Shown here: positions 28,616 through 40,004 of the stretch, piece by piece
How the letters are laid out: the number at the start of each line of letters is the position of its first letter
Numbering within the stretch: position 1 is the stretch's first letter
Position numbers and translations under genes: made by a program
Source of the DNA: Methanomassiliicoccaceae archaeon
GTDB taxonomy: Archaea > Thermoplasmatota > Thermoplasmata > Methanomassiliicoccales > Methanomassiliicoccaceae
NCBI GenBank assembly: GCA_040776945.1
Contig: JAXGZN010000002.1
Span: forward strand, 896,001-960,000
Direction: 5' to 3'
Length of the DNA stretch: 64,000 nucleotides
The notes under the pieces: generated by a model
Seen by the model: the letters and a program-made list of their open reading frames with translations, nothing else
What the model was told of the DNA's origin: nothing
Databases searched by the model: none

Positions 28616-29098
28616 ATGTCCCAGGTCTACAGCCGTACTGTCAAAGCGATCGGAGATATCGATACGATCTATGATCGTCTATGGGCCGCCCTGAAGTCCA
28701 AGGGATTCAACATCATCTCTTCGGAGAAGCCGAACCTCATTGTCGGGGAGAGGGGGTCCTTCAGGCCTACCCGCAAGGCGCACAAGTACCCACACAGTAT
28801 AGTTGTGGCCTTCCATTTCAGTGACACCGATCCTCACGTATCCTTCTCATATATCATGAGCGATTTCTGGGACTATACCCCGGGAGACCAGGACTATTTC
28901 AACTCGGAGATCAATTCGATCATTGCTTCCCTGAACATGAACACCTCGGCCATCGAGATGCGAAGCGCCCGTGATATCGTATCTCAGGCATCCCAGGCCT
29001 ACATAGGAGAGCTCCGGGGATTGGCCAAGCTGCGTGACGATGGGGTCATATCCGCTGATGAGTTCGAGTACAAGAAGAGAACCTTGATGGGCACCTGA
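28616..29098 (+). CDS. SHOCT domain protein
   Basis: C-terminal ELRGLAKLRDDGVISADEFEYKK. Confidence 0.8.
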   Translation: MSQVYSRTVKAIGDIDTIYDRLWAALKSKGFNIISSEKPNLIVGERGSFRPTRKAHKYPHSIVVAFHFSDTDPHVSFSYIMSDFWDYTPGDQDYFNSEINSIIASLNMNTSAIEMRSARDIVSQASQAYIGELRGLAKLRDDGVISADEFEYKKRTLMGT

Positions 29099-29131
29099 GC
29101 GCCCATCATCGGACCGTTCTACGAACGTGCC

Positions 29132-30160
29132 TCATCCTAGCCGCTTCTTAAGCTCGCCTATCGACGACACTGGAGTGGGATCCACGGCGTTCAGGATGGC
29201 AAGGTAGTAGCTCACATGGTCGCCAAGGACTATCCCCCGCATTATGTTCTCCAGCGCCGTTCCTCCAGGCAGATGGGCTACGACCGGGTCCAAGCGGAAG
29301 TCCTCGAATATGGAGATCGTCGCCCGTACGATGTCTGCGGTCATTCCGTGGTCCGAACCCGCCGTCAGGAACACCGGGCAGCACCTCGGCCTCCTCGCAC
29401 CGTCCACCCAGCCCACTATCTGGTTATGGTCCGCTTCCGGCAGCTCTCCATAAAGGCAGAGCATCTTGGAGTTCTCATTGATCTGGGTCTGCCATCGGCG
29501 GCCCGCCGGTCGGACGGTCAGGGAAGAATAGATGAAGGGCACGCGGTCATGCAGGCGCGTGGCCAACTGCTTGGCAGGGTTGCCGGCCATATGCGCCTGA
29601 GGAGCGCAGGCGCTAAGCTCGTCCCTTATGGAAGGGACCAACGCCCTGAGGTCGGTATCGATCGTTGACATGCCCGCAGCCCCTACCACCGATGCCGCCG
29701 CTCCAAGCAGATGACCGAGCGCCGCCCTAGGCTGTAGCCCTGGCGGCACAATGATGTGAGGGCCGCCGTGCTTCTCGCTGAGCCTCTTCAGCTGTCCACC
29801 GGATGTGATCGCCACGACAAAGGCGCCCCGGCGCCGGGCTTCCTCGTACATCGCAATTGTTTCCCTGGTGTTCCCCGAGTATGATATGGGCATTACGAGG
29901 GTCTCCCGGTCCACCCACCCAGGCAGTGTAACGTCCCTCACCACCGAGGCCATCGCCCTCGAGGATCTCAGAACATGGTCGCACAGAACATCGGCGCCCA
30001 TGGCCGAACCGCCCAGGCCGCATATGCACAGCTTTTCCCCTCCTCTCTCGATATCCACTTCGACGGACAGGGAGGTCTCCAACTGATCGGCAAGTGCGGC
30101 CATCTGTCGCAGCATGCCCGAACCGTCCACCTTGGCCAAGGCATCGACGTCATCCAGCAT
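29132..30160 (-). CDS. Bifunctional phosphoglucose/phosphomannose isomerase
   Basis: GLGGSA, SYSGNTRET, QINENSK, EADHNQI. Confidence 0.92.
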   Translation of the reverse strand: MLDDVDALAKVDGSGMLRQMAALADQLETSLSVEVDIERGGEKLCICGLGGSAMGADVLCDHVLRSSRAMASVVRDVTLPGWVDRETLVMPISYSGNTRETIAMYEEARRRGAFVVAITSGGQLKRLSEKHGGPHIIVPPGLQPRAALGHLLGAAASVVGAAGMSTIDTDLRALVPSIRDELSACAPQAHMAGNPAKQLATRLHDRVPFIYSSLTVRPAGRRWQTQINENSKMLCLYGELPEADHNQIVGWVDGARRPRCCPVFLTAGSDHGMTADIVRATISIFEDFRLDPVVAHLPGGTALENIMRGIVLGDHVSYYLAILNAVDPTPVSSIGELKKRLG

Positions 30161-30305
30161 GACAGGCATCAGCCGCCGATACCGTTTTGCCATATATTAT
30201 TTGATTGATTCGTCGAACTTTTTTGAGCATCTGGTGAGGCCTTTGTGAGCGGTCGGATGACCAAAAGTAAAGTAGCTACCGGAGAGATAATATACGGTTG
30301 CCCAT

Positions 30306-31024
30306 ATGGTCTGGGCGAGCATCATGGACAAGATGGTCGAAGCACAGGCCGCCCTGCGTTCGGGTAAGTTCGTGCTTATCTTCGATTCGGACAGCAGGGA
30401 GGCGGAGACGGACATGATGATCGCCTCCGAGCATGTGACCTTTGAAAGCATAAGAACTATGAGGAAGGAGGCGGGAGGACTGATCTGCACGACGGTCCCC
30501 GCCGATGTCTCCAGGAAGTTGGACCTTCCCTTCATGGCCGAACTGTTCGCGGAGTCGTACGCAAAGCACCCGGTCCTCAAGGGATTGGCGCCCAACGATC
30601 TGCCGTACGATACGAAGTCAGCGTTCTCGTTGACCATCAACCATCGCCAAACCTTCACTGGCATACCGGACCGCGATCGAGCGCTGACCATCTCGGAGTT
30701 CGCCCGACTTGGAAAGCGGATCTTGGACCTGACCCCCCAAGAGGCCAGGAGGGAACTGGGCGAAGCCTTCCGAGCGCCGGGGCATGTGTTCTTGCTTAAC
30801 TCCCAACCCGGAGTGCTGAACGATCGCCGCGGCCATACCGAATTGGCCACGGCCCTGCTGAAGATGGGGGGGATGTTCCCATCGGCCACCATATGTGAGA
30901 TGATGGGCGATGATGGCAAGGCCCTGCGGAAGGACAAGGCTCAAGAGTACGCCAGGCGATATGGCCTACCCTACCTTGAAGGTCAAGAGATCATCGAGGC
31001 GTGGAACGAGAGCGTGCATTCGAA

Positions 31025-31028
<4 letters not shown>
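30306..31028 (+). CDS. ribB: 3,4-dihydroxy-2-butanone-4-phosphate synthase
   Basis: REAETD, GLIC, TGIPDRDR, RRGHTE, ICEM. Confidence 0.95.
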
Positions 31029-31935
<907 letters not shown>

Positions 31936-31939
31936 GCAC

Positions 31940-32350
31940 ATGAAGAGGTACAACATTGGGATAGTGGTCTCGGAGTTCAACTTCGACATCACGTCGATGA
32001 TGCTGGAGAGGGCGAAGGCGCACGCCGCCTTCCTGGACGTGAACGTTGCCAAGGTCATCAAGGTGCCGGGGGTCTACGACATGCCCTTGGCCATCAAGAA
32101 GCTGTGCGAAGACCCCAGCATCGACGGGGTCGCTACACTGGGATGCGTCATCGAGGGCGAGACCGAGCATGACGATATAGTCATCCAGCATGCCGCCAGA
32201 AAGATCATTGACCTCAGCCTGCAGTACGACAAGCCGGTATCCCTTGGCATAACCGGGCCGGGGATGACCCGCCTGCAGGCCGAGGACCGCATCGAGAAAG
32301 GGCGGGACGCGGTAGAAGCGGTGGTCAAGCTCCTGAAGAACCTGGAGTGA
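31940..32350 (+). CDS. ribH: 6,7-dimethyl-8-ribityllumazine synthase
   Basis: SEFNFDIT, VPGVYDMP, GETEHD, KPVSLG. Confidence 0.95.
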   Translation: MKRYNIGIVVSEFNFDITSMMLERAKAHAAFLDVNVAKVIKVPGVYDMPLAIKKLCEDPSIDGVATLGCVIEGETEHDDIVIQHAARKIIDLSLQYDKPVSLGITGPGMTRLQAEDRIEKGRDAVEAVVKLLKNLE

Positions 32351-32407
32351 GGCCGCTAAAATAATCTATTTATAATCTGGATTGCCAGGTAGGGTCCGGT
32401 GGTTGGT

Positions 32408-33295
32408 ATGAAGGATAGGACCATCTTCGTCACCGGCGCTACCGGGCGCCAGGGAAGCGCTGCCACCAGGCACCTGCTGGAGGCGGGCTTCAAGGTCAGG
32501 GCCCTTACCCGTGATCCTGGGTCCTCGCGCGGGGAGATGCTGAGAGGTCTCGGGGCAGAGCTGGTGGAGGGCGACCTTGATGATCCTGAAGCTGTGCGCA
32601 GCGCTCTGCGCGGATGCTATGGGATCTTCGCCGTCCTTACTTGGACCGAGGAGGGCCCGACAGGAGAGACGAGACAGGGACGGACCCTTGCCGACGCGGC
32701 CGAGGCCGAGGGCGTTCAGCACTTCCTCTACAGCTCGGTGGGCGGCGCGGACCAAAGGACCGGGATTCCCCATTTCGAGAGCAAGGCCGCTAATGAGCGC
32801 TATATGAAAAGGGTCGGACTTCCGCTCAGCGTGCTTAGGCCAGTATACTTTATGGAGAACTTCAACGCGCCGACCGCGCGCCGCATGATATCCGAAGGCA
32901 ATCTGGTCATGGCATTGGACCCCGGAAAACGGCTGCAGATGATATCGGTCGAGGACGTCGGGTTTATGGCCGCCATCATCCTGGACAACCCTGAGGATTG
33001 GATAGGGCGAACGATCGAGATCGCCGGTGATTCGCTGACCATGCCTCAGGCGGCGGAGCGGTTCTCTGTTGTTGCCGGCCGGGCGGTGTTCTTCCGCGAG
33101 CGGCCGCTTCAGGACCTTAAGCGCATCGATAACGAGCGCTATCTGATGATGAAGTGGTTGAACGAGCGCGGTTACGATGCCGACATCGAGGCCGTGCGGA
33201 AGATACATCCTTCTCTCATGGACCTAGAGCAATGGCTGTCCAAAGGCTATTGGAGGACCGAGCCGACGAAGGTCGTTCCCATGCGCACGGCCTGA
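32408..33295 (+). CDS. NmrA/HSCARG family protein
   Basis: GATGRQG, YSSVGGA, PHFESK, RPVYFMEN. Confidence 0.92.
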   Translation: MKDRTIFVTGATGRQGSAATRHLLEAGFKVRALTRDPGSSRGEMLRGLGAELVEGDLDDPEAVRSALRGCYGIFAVLTWTEEGPTGETRQGRTLADAAEAEGVQHFLYSSVGGADQRTGIPHFESKAANERYMKRVGLPLSVLRPVYFMENFNAPTARRMISEGNLVMALDPGKRLQMISVEDVGFMAAIILDNPEDWIGRTIEIAGDSLTMPQAAERFSVVAGRAVFFRERPLQDLKRIDNERYLMMKWLNERGYDADIEAVRKIHPSLMDLEQWLSKGYWRTEPTKVVPMRTA

Positions 33296-33298
33296 GGC

Positions 33299-34498
33299 TC
33301 AGGCCACCTTGTTCATGTAGTCCTCGATGGCGTCAAAGGCCGTTGCCAGCGTCTCCACCGGAGGAAGGAACACCGCCCGAAAGTGCATCTTGCCGTAGAC
33401 CTCGTCGAACCCATGGCCAGGGACCAGGAGCACGTGGCAGTTGTTCAGGATGTCGAGCACGAAGTCCTGGTCGTTGGTCCAGTGCTTCGAATCGATCCGG
33501 GGGAAGATGTAGAACGCGCCCTTGGGGCTTGCGGTCGACAGCCCGGGGATGGAGTTGATCCTCTTCACCGTGTAGTCCCTGCGGACCTTAAGCTTGCTGT
33601 TCATCCTCTCCAGATGGTCCTTGGGACCCTTGAGGGCCTCTATGACCGCCATCTGACATGGGTTGTTGGCACTGATGCGCAGGCGAAGCTGGCGCATCAT
33701 GCCTTCCTTGATCTCCTCCAGCCTCCCGTGGGGATCACGGAAGACCGTATAGCCGAGCCTCCATCCAGGAAGCAGGTCGACCTTGGAGAAGCCGTTGAAC
33801 ATGATGATCGGCACATCCTTGGACAGCGCCGCCGGGGAATGATGCACCCCGTCGAAGGTCATGAGATCGTAGATCTCGTCGGATATGATGAACAGATCAT
33901 GCTCCCCCGCAAGATCGGTTATGTCTTTCAGCACTTTATCGGAGTACAATGCTCCCGTCGGGTTGTTGGGGTTGATCACCACGATGAACTTCGTCTTGGG
34001 AGTGATCTTCTTCCTTATATCGTCCACATCCGGCTGCCAGCCGTTGGACTCGTCCGCTCGGTAGGTCACCGGCGTCCCGCCGAAGAACTTGGTGAACTCG
34101 CTGTATGCTGGGTACCCGGGACCTGGCATTAGCACCTCGTCGCCGATGTCCACCGTCGCAGCGCTGATCATTTGGATGGCCTCGGTGACCCCGTTGGTAA
34201 TGACGCAGTCGTCGATCCCGACGTCCACGTTGTTCTTCTTCTTCTCCTTTCTGAGGATGGCCTCACGCAGTTCGACGTAGCCTTCCGACTCAGCATACCC
34301 GTTGTCGTTTATCTCGACGGCGCGGCACAGAGCGTCGCGCACGTGCTTGGGCGTCTCGAAATCGAACTTGTTGGGGTCCCCGATATGGAGCTTAATGATC
34401 TCCGCGCCGTTCTTCTCCAGCTCCCTGGCTGGCAGAAGGATGTCACGTATGGCGTAGGATACATCCAACGAGCGCTTTGTCGCTTTCATGATGGCCAT
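33299..34498 (-). CDS. Class I/II aminotransferase (AlaA-like alanine aminotransferase)
   Basis: YAIRD, IGDP, NPNNPTG, DEIY, SK...PGWRLG. Confidence 0.88.
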   Translation of the reverse strand: MAIMKATKRSLDVSYAIRDILLPARELEKNGAEIIKLHIGDPNKFDFETPKHVRDALCRAVEINDNGYAESEGYVELREAILRKEKKKNNVDVGIDDCVITNGVTEAIQMISAATVDIGDEVLMPGPGYPAYSEFTKFFGGTPVTYRADESNGWQPDVDDIRKKITPKTKFIVVINPNNPTGALYSDKVLKDITDLAGEHDLFIISDEIYDLMTFDGVHHSPAALSKDVPIIMFNGFSKVDLLPGWRLGYTVFRDPHGRLEEIKEGMMRQLRLRISANNPCQMAVIEALKGPKDHLERMNSKLKVRRDYTVKRINSIPGLSTASPKGAFYIFPRIDSKHWTNDQDFVLDILNNCHVLLVPGHGFDEVYGKMHFRAVFLPPVETLATAFDAIEDYMNKVA

Positions 34499-35284
34499 CT
34501 TCTTTTTCCCGCCATGTATTAAGTTTAGGTATAAACTTCCTTCCATCCGCCTTCGCCACTGGTTAGGCGGTTGTTGTTGGTGCCCGGTCATCGTTCGTCG
34601 CTAGGGGACCAATGCCTTCAGTGACCATATGGGCCTATCGGCGGACAATGTCCTATCTAAAGGGCATGAACATGAATCAACGTTACGCAGCCCGGTCCAA
34701 CGTTCCCTGTGGGACCACCATCTCCCGAAGGGTCATGCCGTTTCGATGCCGGGCTCTCCGAGGGACATCAGAGCGGACCAGGGCATGGAGGGGTAGAACG
34801 GGGACCTGTCTGGGACGACCTTGCCCGACAGTGCTCGCCCGGGAACTGGATGCTTGTTTGCCTTCCCATGCCTGTGATGCCTTTCTCAGCAAGCGGTCTT
34901 CGGAGGGTTCCCTCCGGCACGAGCGTGTGATGGCCTCGCTGCTCCCGCCGACCAGCGTCTTGGTCATTATGGGGGCCCCTGAGTTAGGCCCATCCCCCTC
35001 ATGGCCATCTTAGGAACGGGGGGAATGCCCTTTATGGTCCTTCTCTTGAACGATCGCAACGGCATGGGCCGGTGTCCTCGCTGCCGGACGGGGCTTCTTC
35101 CCGTTCGAGCGCATTGTTGGGTTACGATGCGTCCGACACGAGGACATGAAGGAATCTCCAACCAGATAATAATAAGCTTATGGATGGCGCCGTTCCGGGT
35201 CTTGAACCTCGTTCGGCTAAGGAAGGTGCCGCCCTGAGCGGTATTTCGAAAAAGGTTAATTACTTCCATGCCTACACATCGAAC

Positions 35285-37204
35285 GTGTCCCAGGTCCGGC
35301 TTGGAAGGATCCCTCTGAGATGGTGCGATGCTTGCAATCTCCCAATCCTAGACCTGAAGAGGTGCGGGCGCTGCGGCGAGGGGACCCGGCAGATGGAAAT
35401 AACCCCTCCGGGGGACGCTCGCCCGGCCATGGACTACGATGTCGGGCTGGCTCGGGAGATCATTGACCGGCAGTTCGGGTCCGGATGTGGGGAGGCCGTG
35501 CTCAAAGAGGGCCACTTCGTCCTTATGAACAAGGCGCCCGGGCTCGACCGCATGGATGAGGTGATCGTCGACGGCAATGTCGCCGGAACGCTTCGATATG
35601 ACCTCGGCCGAGGGTGGGTGTTCCTGGCCCGGATGCCTGCGGCGAGGGCCATGCAAAGGACCGCTGTCCGCGGGACCATCATGGCCGACGATGGCGCGCT
35701 TAGGCCGATATTGGACGGATCGAACCTGCTCGCTCCCGGCGTTGCCGGCTGCAGCGACGGCATCATGCCGGGGGACGAGGTCATCATCGTTGACAAGCAG
35801 GGAAGAGCTTTCGCCGCAGGATCGTCGAGGATGTCCTCAGCGGAGATGGCGGCCAGGGGCAAGGGAATGGCCGTCAAGGTGCGGTGGCACGAGCCCCCTC
35901 GAGATGATGCCGTCATGAGGGGCAGAGCAGGGTGGCCTGAGGTCTTGGAGGCCAACAGGCCAGAGATGGAGCGAAAGGTCGACGAAGCGGTCAGGTTCAT
36001 GCAGCGCGTTATGCGTGAGCATGATCTGCCGGCGGCGGTCTCCTTCTCCGGAGGGAAGGACTCCCTGGCGACCTTTCTCTTGAGCAAAAGGACAGGGGGA
36101 AAGCTCCCGTTGTTCTACATCGACACCGGCCTGGAGTTCCCGGAAACGGTACGGCATGTACGCGAGGTTGCGGAGCGCCACGGGACCGAACTTATCATGG
36201 AGGAGGCGCCTAGCGAGGCGTTCAGCGAGGGGCTGAAGGTGTTCGGACCTCCTGGAAGGGACTACAGATGGTGCTGCAAGACCAACAAGCTGGGACCGAC
36301 CGTTAGAGCGATCTCCAAGCATTTTCCCAGGGGGGTTCTGTCGTTCATCGGCCAGCGTCGGTATGAGTCCGAATCGCGAGCGTCAAAGCCGAGGGTCTGG
36401 GAGAACCCCTGGACGCCGGGTCAGGTGGGCGCGTCCCCCATCCAGAACTGGACTGCGCTGCATGTCTGGCTCCTGATCATGGGTGATGGGGAGCCGTACA
36501 ACCCTTGGTACGACCGCGGTCTCGACCGCATCGGCTGCTTCATGTGCCCTGCATCGGACCTTGCCGAACTCAGGACCGTCGAGGAATCGTCGGAAGGATA
36601 CCGCGGCTGGTCCGCCATCCTTAGCGAACGGGCCTCTGAGCGCGGCCTTCCTCAGGAATGGATCGATTACGGTCTGTGGCGGTGGAAGGTCGTACCTAAT
36701 TCCATCCGGCAGGAGCTGGAAAGGGCCGGTGTCGAGGTCAGGCCCCAGCAGAACGTGGAGAGGCGAGGCGAAGGGAACCTGAGGCTGGTCCTACAAAAGG
36801 GCGTCTCTCCGTGCATCATGGGTTACTCGATAGAGGGCGCGTTCGATCGCCCTCTTGACCTTAAGCGGGTGGCTAACGTGCTGAACATGGTCGGAGGGAC
36901 GCACATGAACGAGGCGGAGGGCTGGGTCGACGTCGACGGGGTAACCGTCTTTGAGGAAGGTGCGCTCATCGCCAAGGGTCCGAACCCCGATGAACTGAAA
37001 GAAAAAGTAGAAAGGGTGCGGCGAACGGTGGTCAAGGCCGAGGAGTGCGTCGGTTGCGGCGTGTGCACCGGAAGATGCAGCGAGGGTGCACTTAGGCTAG
37101 AGCTCGGAAGGATCCACGTAGAGGTTGGTAAATGCATCCATTGCGGACGCTGCGTGGAGCCGTGTCCGGCCATCACCTTCGGTGACAACGCCTTTGATTT
37201 CTGA
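35285..37204 (+). CDS. PAPS-reductase family protein with N-terminal Zn finger, PUA domain and C-terminal 2x[4Fe-4S] ferredoxin
   Basis: CDAC..CGRC, PUA (LAPGV, GDEV), SGGKDS, WCC, RIGCFMCP, two CxxCxxC motifs. Confidence 0.88.
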   Translation: MSQVRLGRIPLRWCDACNLPILDLKRCGRCGEGTRQMEITPPGDARPAMDYDVGLAREIIDRQFGSGCGEAVLKEGHFVLMNKAPGLDRMDEVIVDGNVAGTLRYDLGRGWVFLARMPAARAMQRTAVRGTIMADDGALRPILDGSNLLAPGVAGCSDGIMPGDEVIIVDKQGRAFAAGSSRMSSAEMAARGKGMAVKVRWHEPPRDDAVMRGRAGWPEVLEANRPEMERKVDEAVRFMQRVMREHDLPAAVSFSGGKDSLATFLLSKRTGGKLPLFYIDTGLEFPETVRHVREVAERHGTELIMEEAPSEAFSEGLKVFGPPGRDYRWCCKTNKLGPTVRAISKHFPRGVLSFIGQRRYESESRASKPRVWENPWTPGQVGASPIQNWTALHVWLLIMGDGEPYNPWYDRGLDRIGCFMCPASDLAELRTVEESSEGYRGWSAILSERASERGLPQEWIDYGLWRWKVVPNSIRQELERAGVEVRPQQNVERRGEGNLRLVLQKGVSPCIMGYSIEGAFDRPLDLKRVANVLNMVGGTHMNEAEGWVDVDGVTVFEEGALIAKGPNPDELKEKVERVRRTVVKAEECVGCGVCTGRCSEGALRLELGRIHVEVGKCIHCGRCVEPCPAITFGDNAFDF

Positions 37205-37262
37205 CCTTCCTAATAAATAGGTGAAGGGAAAGGGTTTCCGGCTTCCTCGATAGCCCCCGCGT

Positions 37263-38492
37263 TCACCGCACGAAGTCTATTCCATCGTCATCAGCGGGCG
37301 CGTGCCTTTGAGGTTGAGGCCTTGCCTGGGACTGACCGCCCAGCTTGGGCTTGGGTATGTCGTTCTCCAGCGCGCCGAGGCGGCTGGTAGGCTGGCCTCC
37401 CTTGCCGTACATGTACTTGGACGAAGCGCCGGTAACGATCAGAAGGATCTTGATGGTGCCCTCGAGCTCGGGGTCGACGGAGCATCCCCAGATGATCCTG
37501 GCGCGTTCATTGACGCTGTTGGTGACGATCTCGGCCGCCCTCTGGGCCTCGCCCACGGACATGTCCGGGCCGCCGACCACGCGGATAAGCGCTCCCTTGG
37601 CCTCCTTCAGGCTTATCTCGCCCAGCAATGGAGATGTGAGCGCTTCATGGACCGCCGCCTTAACGCGGTCGTCCTCCTCGGTGTTGGCCTCTCCAATGCC
37701 GACGAAAGCGACGCCTCCTTCCTTCATGACCGTCTGGATATCAGCATAGTCCAGGTTGACCAAGCCGGGCTTGGTGATGATCTCGGTGAGCCCCTTGATG
37801 GTCTGCATGAGCACCTCGTCCGCTACCTTGAAGGCCGCGTCCACCGGAAGCTTAGGAACGAGTTCCAGAAGCTTGTCGTTGGGGACGACGATGGTGGTAT
37901 CGCAGACAGACCTGAGCTTGTTGAGCCCTATCATGGCGTTCTCCGCCCGTACCGTGCCCTCAGCCTTGAACGGGAAGGTGACCACGCCGATCGTGAGCGC
38001 TCTTATCTGCTCCTTGGCTATGGAAGCGACATAGTGCGCAGAGCCCGTACCGGTGCCGCCGCCCATCCCTGCGGTTACGAAGACGATGTTCGAGCCGGTA
38101 AGGAACTGACGGATGTCGCTGTCGTTCTCCCTAGCAGCGGCCTCGCCGTTCTCCGGGAGCGCTCCTGCGCCCATTCCGCGAGTGGTGCTCTTCCCGATAA
38201 GGATCTTCTTCGGCGCCCGTATGGTCAGAAGGTGCTTGGCATCGGTATTGATGGCACAGACCTGCGCGCCGCTTATGCCTGCATCCACGCAGCGGTTGAT
38301 GGTGTTCGATCCGCCGCCACCGCACCCAATGATCTTGATGCAGACGTCAAGCTTGGCGGCCATCTCCAAGATCTCGCGATCGGCGTCCGATAGCTCCTGC
38401 TGCTGAACAGGCGCAGGAGCCTCTACGGTTTTTGCCGTGAGCTTCTCCTTGTATTCACTGCCCAGTGCGTTCTTTACCAACGAATTTGGCAT
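37263..38492 (-). CDS. ftsZ: Cell division protein FtsZ
   Basis: GCGGGGSN, GMGGGTGTG, NLDYAD. Confidence 0.97.
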   Translation of the reverse strand: MPNSLVKNALGSEYKEKLTAKTVEAPAPVQQQELSDADREILEMAAKLDVCIKIIGCGGGGSNTINRCVDAGISGAQVCAINTDAKHLLTIRAPKKILIGKSTTRGMGAGALPENGEAAARENDSDIRQFLTGSNIVFVTAGMGGGTGTGSAHYVASIAKEQIRALTIGVVTFPFKAEGTVRAENAMIGLNKLRSVCDTTIVVPNDKLLELVPKLPVDAAFKVADEVLMQTIKGLTEIITKPGLVNLDYADIQTVMKEGGVAFVGIGEANTEEDDRVKAAVHEALTSPLLGEISLKEAKGALIRVVGGPDMSVGEAQRAAEIVTNSVNERARIIWGCSVDPELEGTIKILLIVTGASSKYMYGKGGQPTSRLGALENDIPKPKLGGQSQARPQPQRHAPADDDGIDFVR

Positions 38493-38654
38493 TAGTGCAT
38501 CCCTCGTCTGACGAGACTGACTCTCTGGCATATAAATTTTGCTAGTTGCATATGGACAAATTAAAAATTACTGGTCAAATACCTTTAAGCGCCTATCACA
38601 CTGGACGATCAATTGTGTTGAAGGGAAAATGCGTCCGACGTCGGTCCGACGATA

Positions 38655-39779
38655 TCAGCGTCCGATGGTCAGGGCCGGGGCAGGTACAACATGAACACTG
38701 GCCGCTTTCTCAATGTCCTTGAATCCATAGAGATACGCTCCCTCTGCGGTGACCGGTAGGAGCGTTGATGCGAGCAGTATGCACCTAAGATTTATCATGT
38801 ACATCGTGGCGAGTGCCCCAGCATCCCTTTCTACGGCCCTCTTCCTGAGCGCGACCCCATATCCGTGCAGATATCCGTCGATGTACTCGTGAAGAATGAT
38901 GACGGCCTTTGATGGGTCGCCTCCCCTCGCGAGATTGTCGACCGCCCCGGCCACCCCTCGCAGCGTGGATATCTCCTCACGGTCCTGTTCCGAGAGCAGT
39001 CCATCATCCAACTCTGGCCGTGAGCTTATGTTGTCCTTGATCTCCTGGGCAAGAGTCCGCAGGCCTTGGCGAAGCTTCGCTTCCTGGGTCCTTTCCTCGA
39101 TGATGTCCCTGGCCTCATCGAAACTGCGGGCCCTCGTCGCCCTCATGGCCTTGCGAAGAGGTTCTTCCAGCGTGCCGCTGTAGACGCCCATCCTGGAAAG
39201 GTCAGGGGCCATCTTCAGGAGGTCGGACAGATAGTCCTTCAACTGTTCCGAGCTTCGGTACCTGTGCTTGGCTTGGTCAAGACAGAAGCCAATGTCCTTG
39301 ATCGAAGCCATGACCTCTCCGTCCATGAAGGTCTCCTTGGATATCTCGGCCAGAGACACTATGTCCTCCATGGGGATGTCCTTGCGCTGGGACATGGCCA
39401 CGACGAGCATGGTCTGCTCGAACAAGGAAGCGTAAACCACAGCATGCGGACCTACTAGGTCGCCAAGGAAGGTCTGCACCGCCTTGCGGACGTTGCGGCT
39501 GGGATGCACCATCTGTTCCAGAATGGCCGAAAGGGCGTTCCTGTCCTTGGCCAGCTCTGTCAATGTATCCAGTATGGACCTCTTCGCCCGGCCGTTCCTG
39601 CTTTCCAGGTTCCTTAGGAGTAGGACCACCGTCTCCTGGGGCTTGGTCTCTGCCCTTTTCAATAGTTTCCTTCTCACCCTATCAGCGTCCGATCCCTGGT
39701 CGGAAGCAAAGGAGTCGAGCATGCTAGCCTCAAGTCGTTCCTCTTCGTACTTCTTTCCGAAAATACCAATGAACGACAT
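38655..39779 (-). CDS. Hypothetical all-helical protein with HEAT-like N-terminal repeats
   Basis: 374-aa ORF; LLLRNLES...AKRSILDTL / ILEQMVHP..NVRKAV pattern. Confidence 0.75.
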   Translation of the reverse strand: MSFIGIFGKKYEEERLEASMLDSFASDQGSDADRVRRKLLKRAETKPQETVVLLLRNLESRNGRAKRSILDTLTELAKDRNALSAILEQMVHPSRNVRKAVQTFLGDLVGPHAVVYASLFEQTMLVVAMSQRKDIPMEDIVSLAEISKETFMDGEVMASIKDIGFCLDQAKHRYRSSEQLKDYLSDLLKMAPDLSRMGVYSGTLEEPLRKAMRATRARSFDEARDIIEERTQEAKLRQGLRTLAQEIKDNISSRPELDDGLLSEQDREEISTLRGVAGAVDNLARGGDPSKAVIILHEYIDGYLHGYGVALRKRAVERDAGALATMYMINLRCILLASTLLPVTAEGAYLYGFKDIEKAASVHVVPAPALTIGR

Positions 39780-40004
39780 CGGCCGCACCGTTGGGCTTTG
39801 GAACGGGACGTGTTGTACAAATAGATTGGCTTCCAGATATTTATTTCTGCAAGACTGCAACGGCCGTGGAAGCGGTCACGCGGGGACGAGATCTAGTTAT
39901 TGGGCCTTCATCCAGTATCGCTGGATGATGCGGTGGGAAATATTTTTATGAAAACCTATATATGGCCGCGGCTCATTAGGCGAAAAATCGGAACGAGGAA
40001 AACC

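Noticed and set aside
30272-30279. GTAGCTAC palindrome as an operator of the rib operon
   Set aside because: Too short to distinguish from chance
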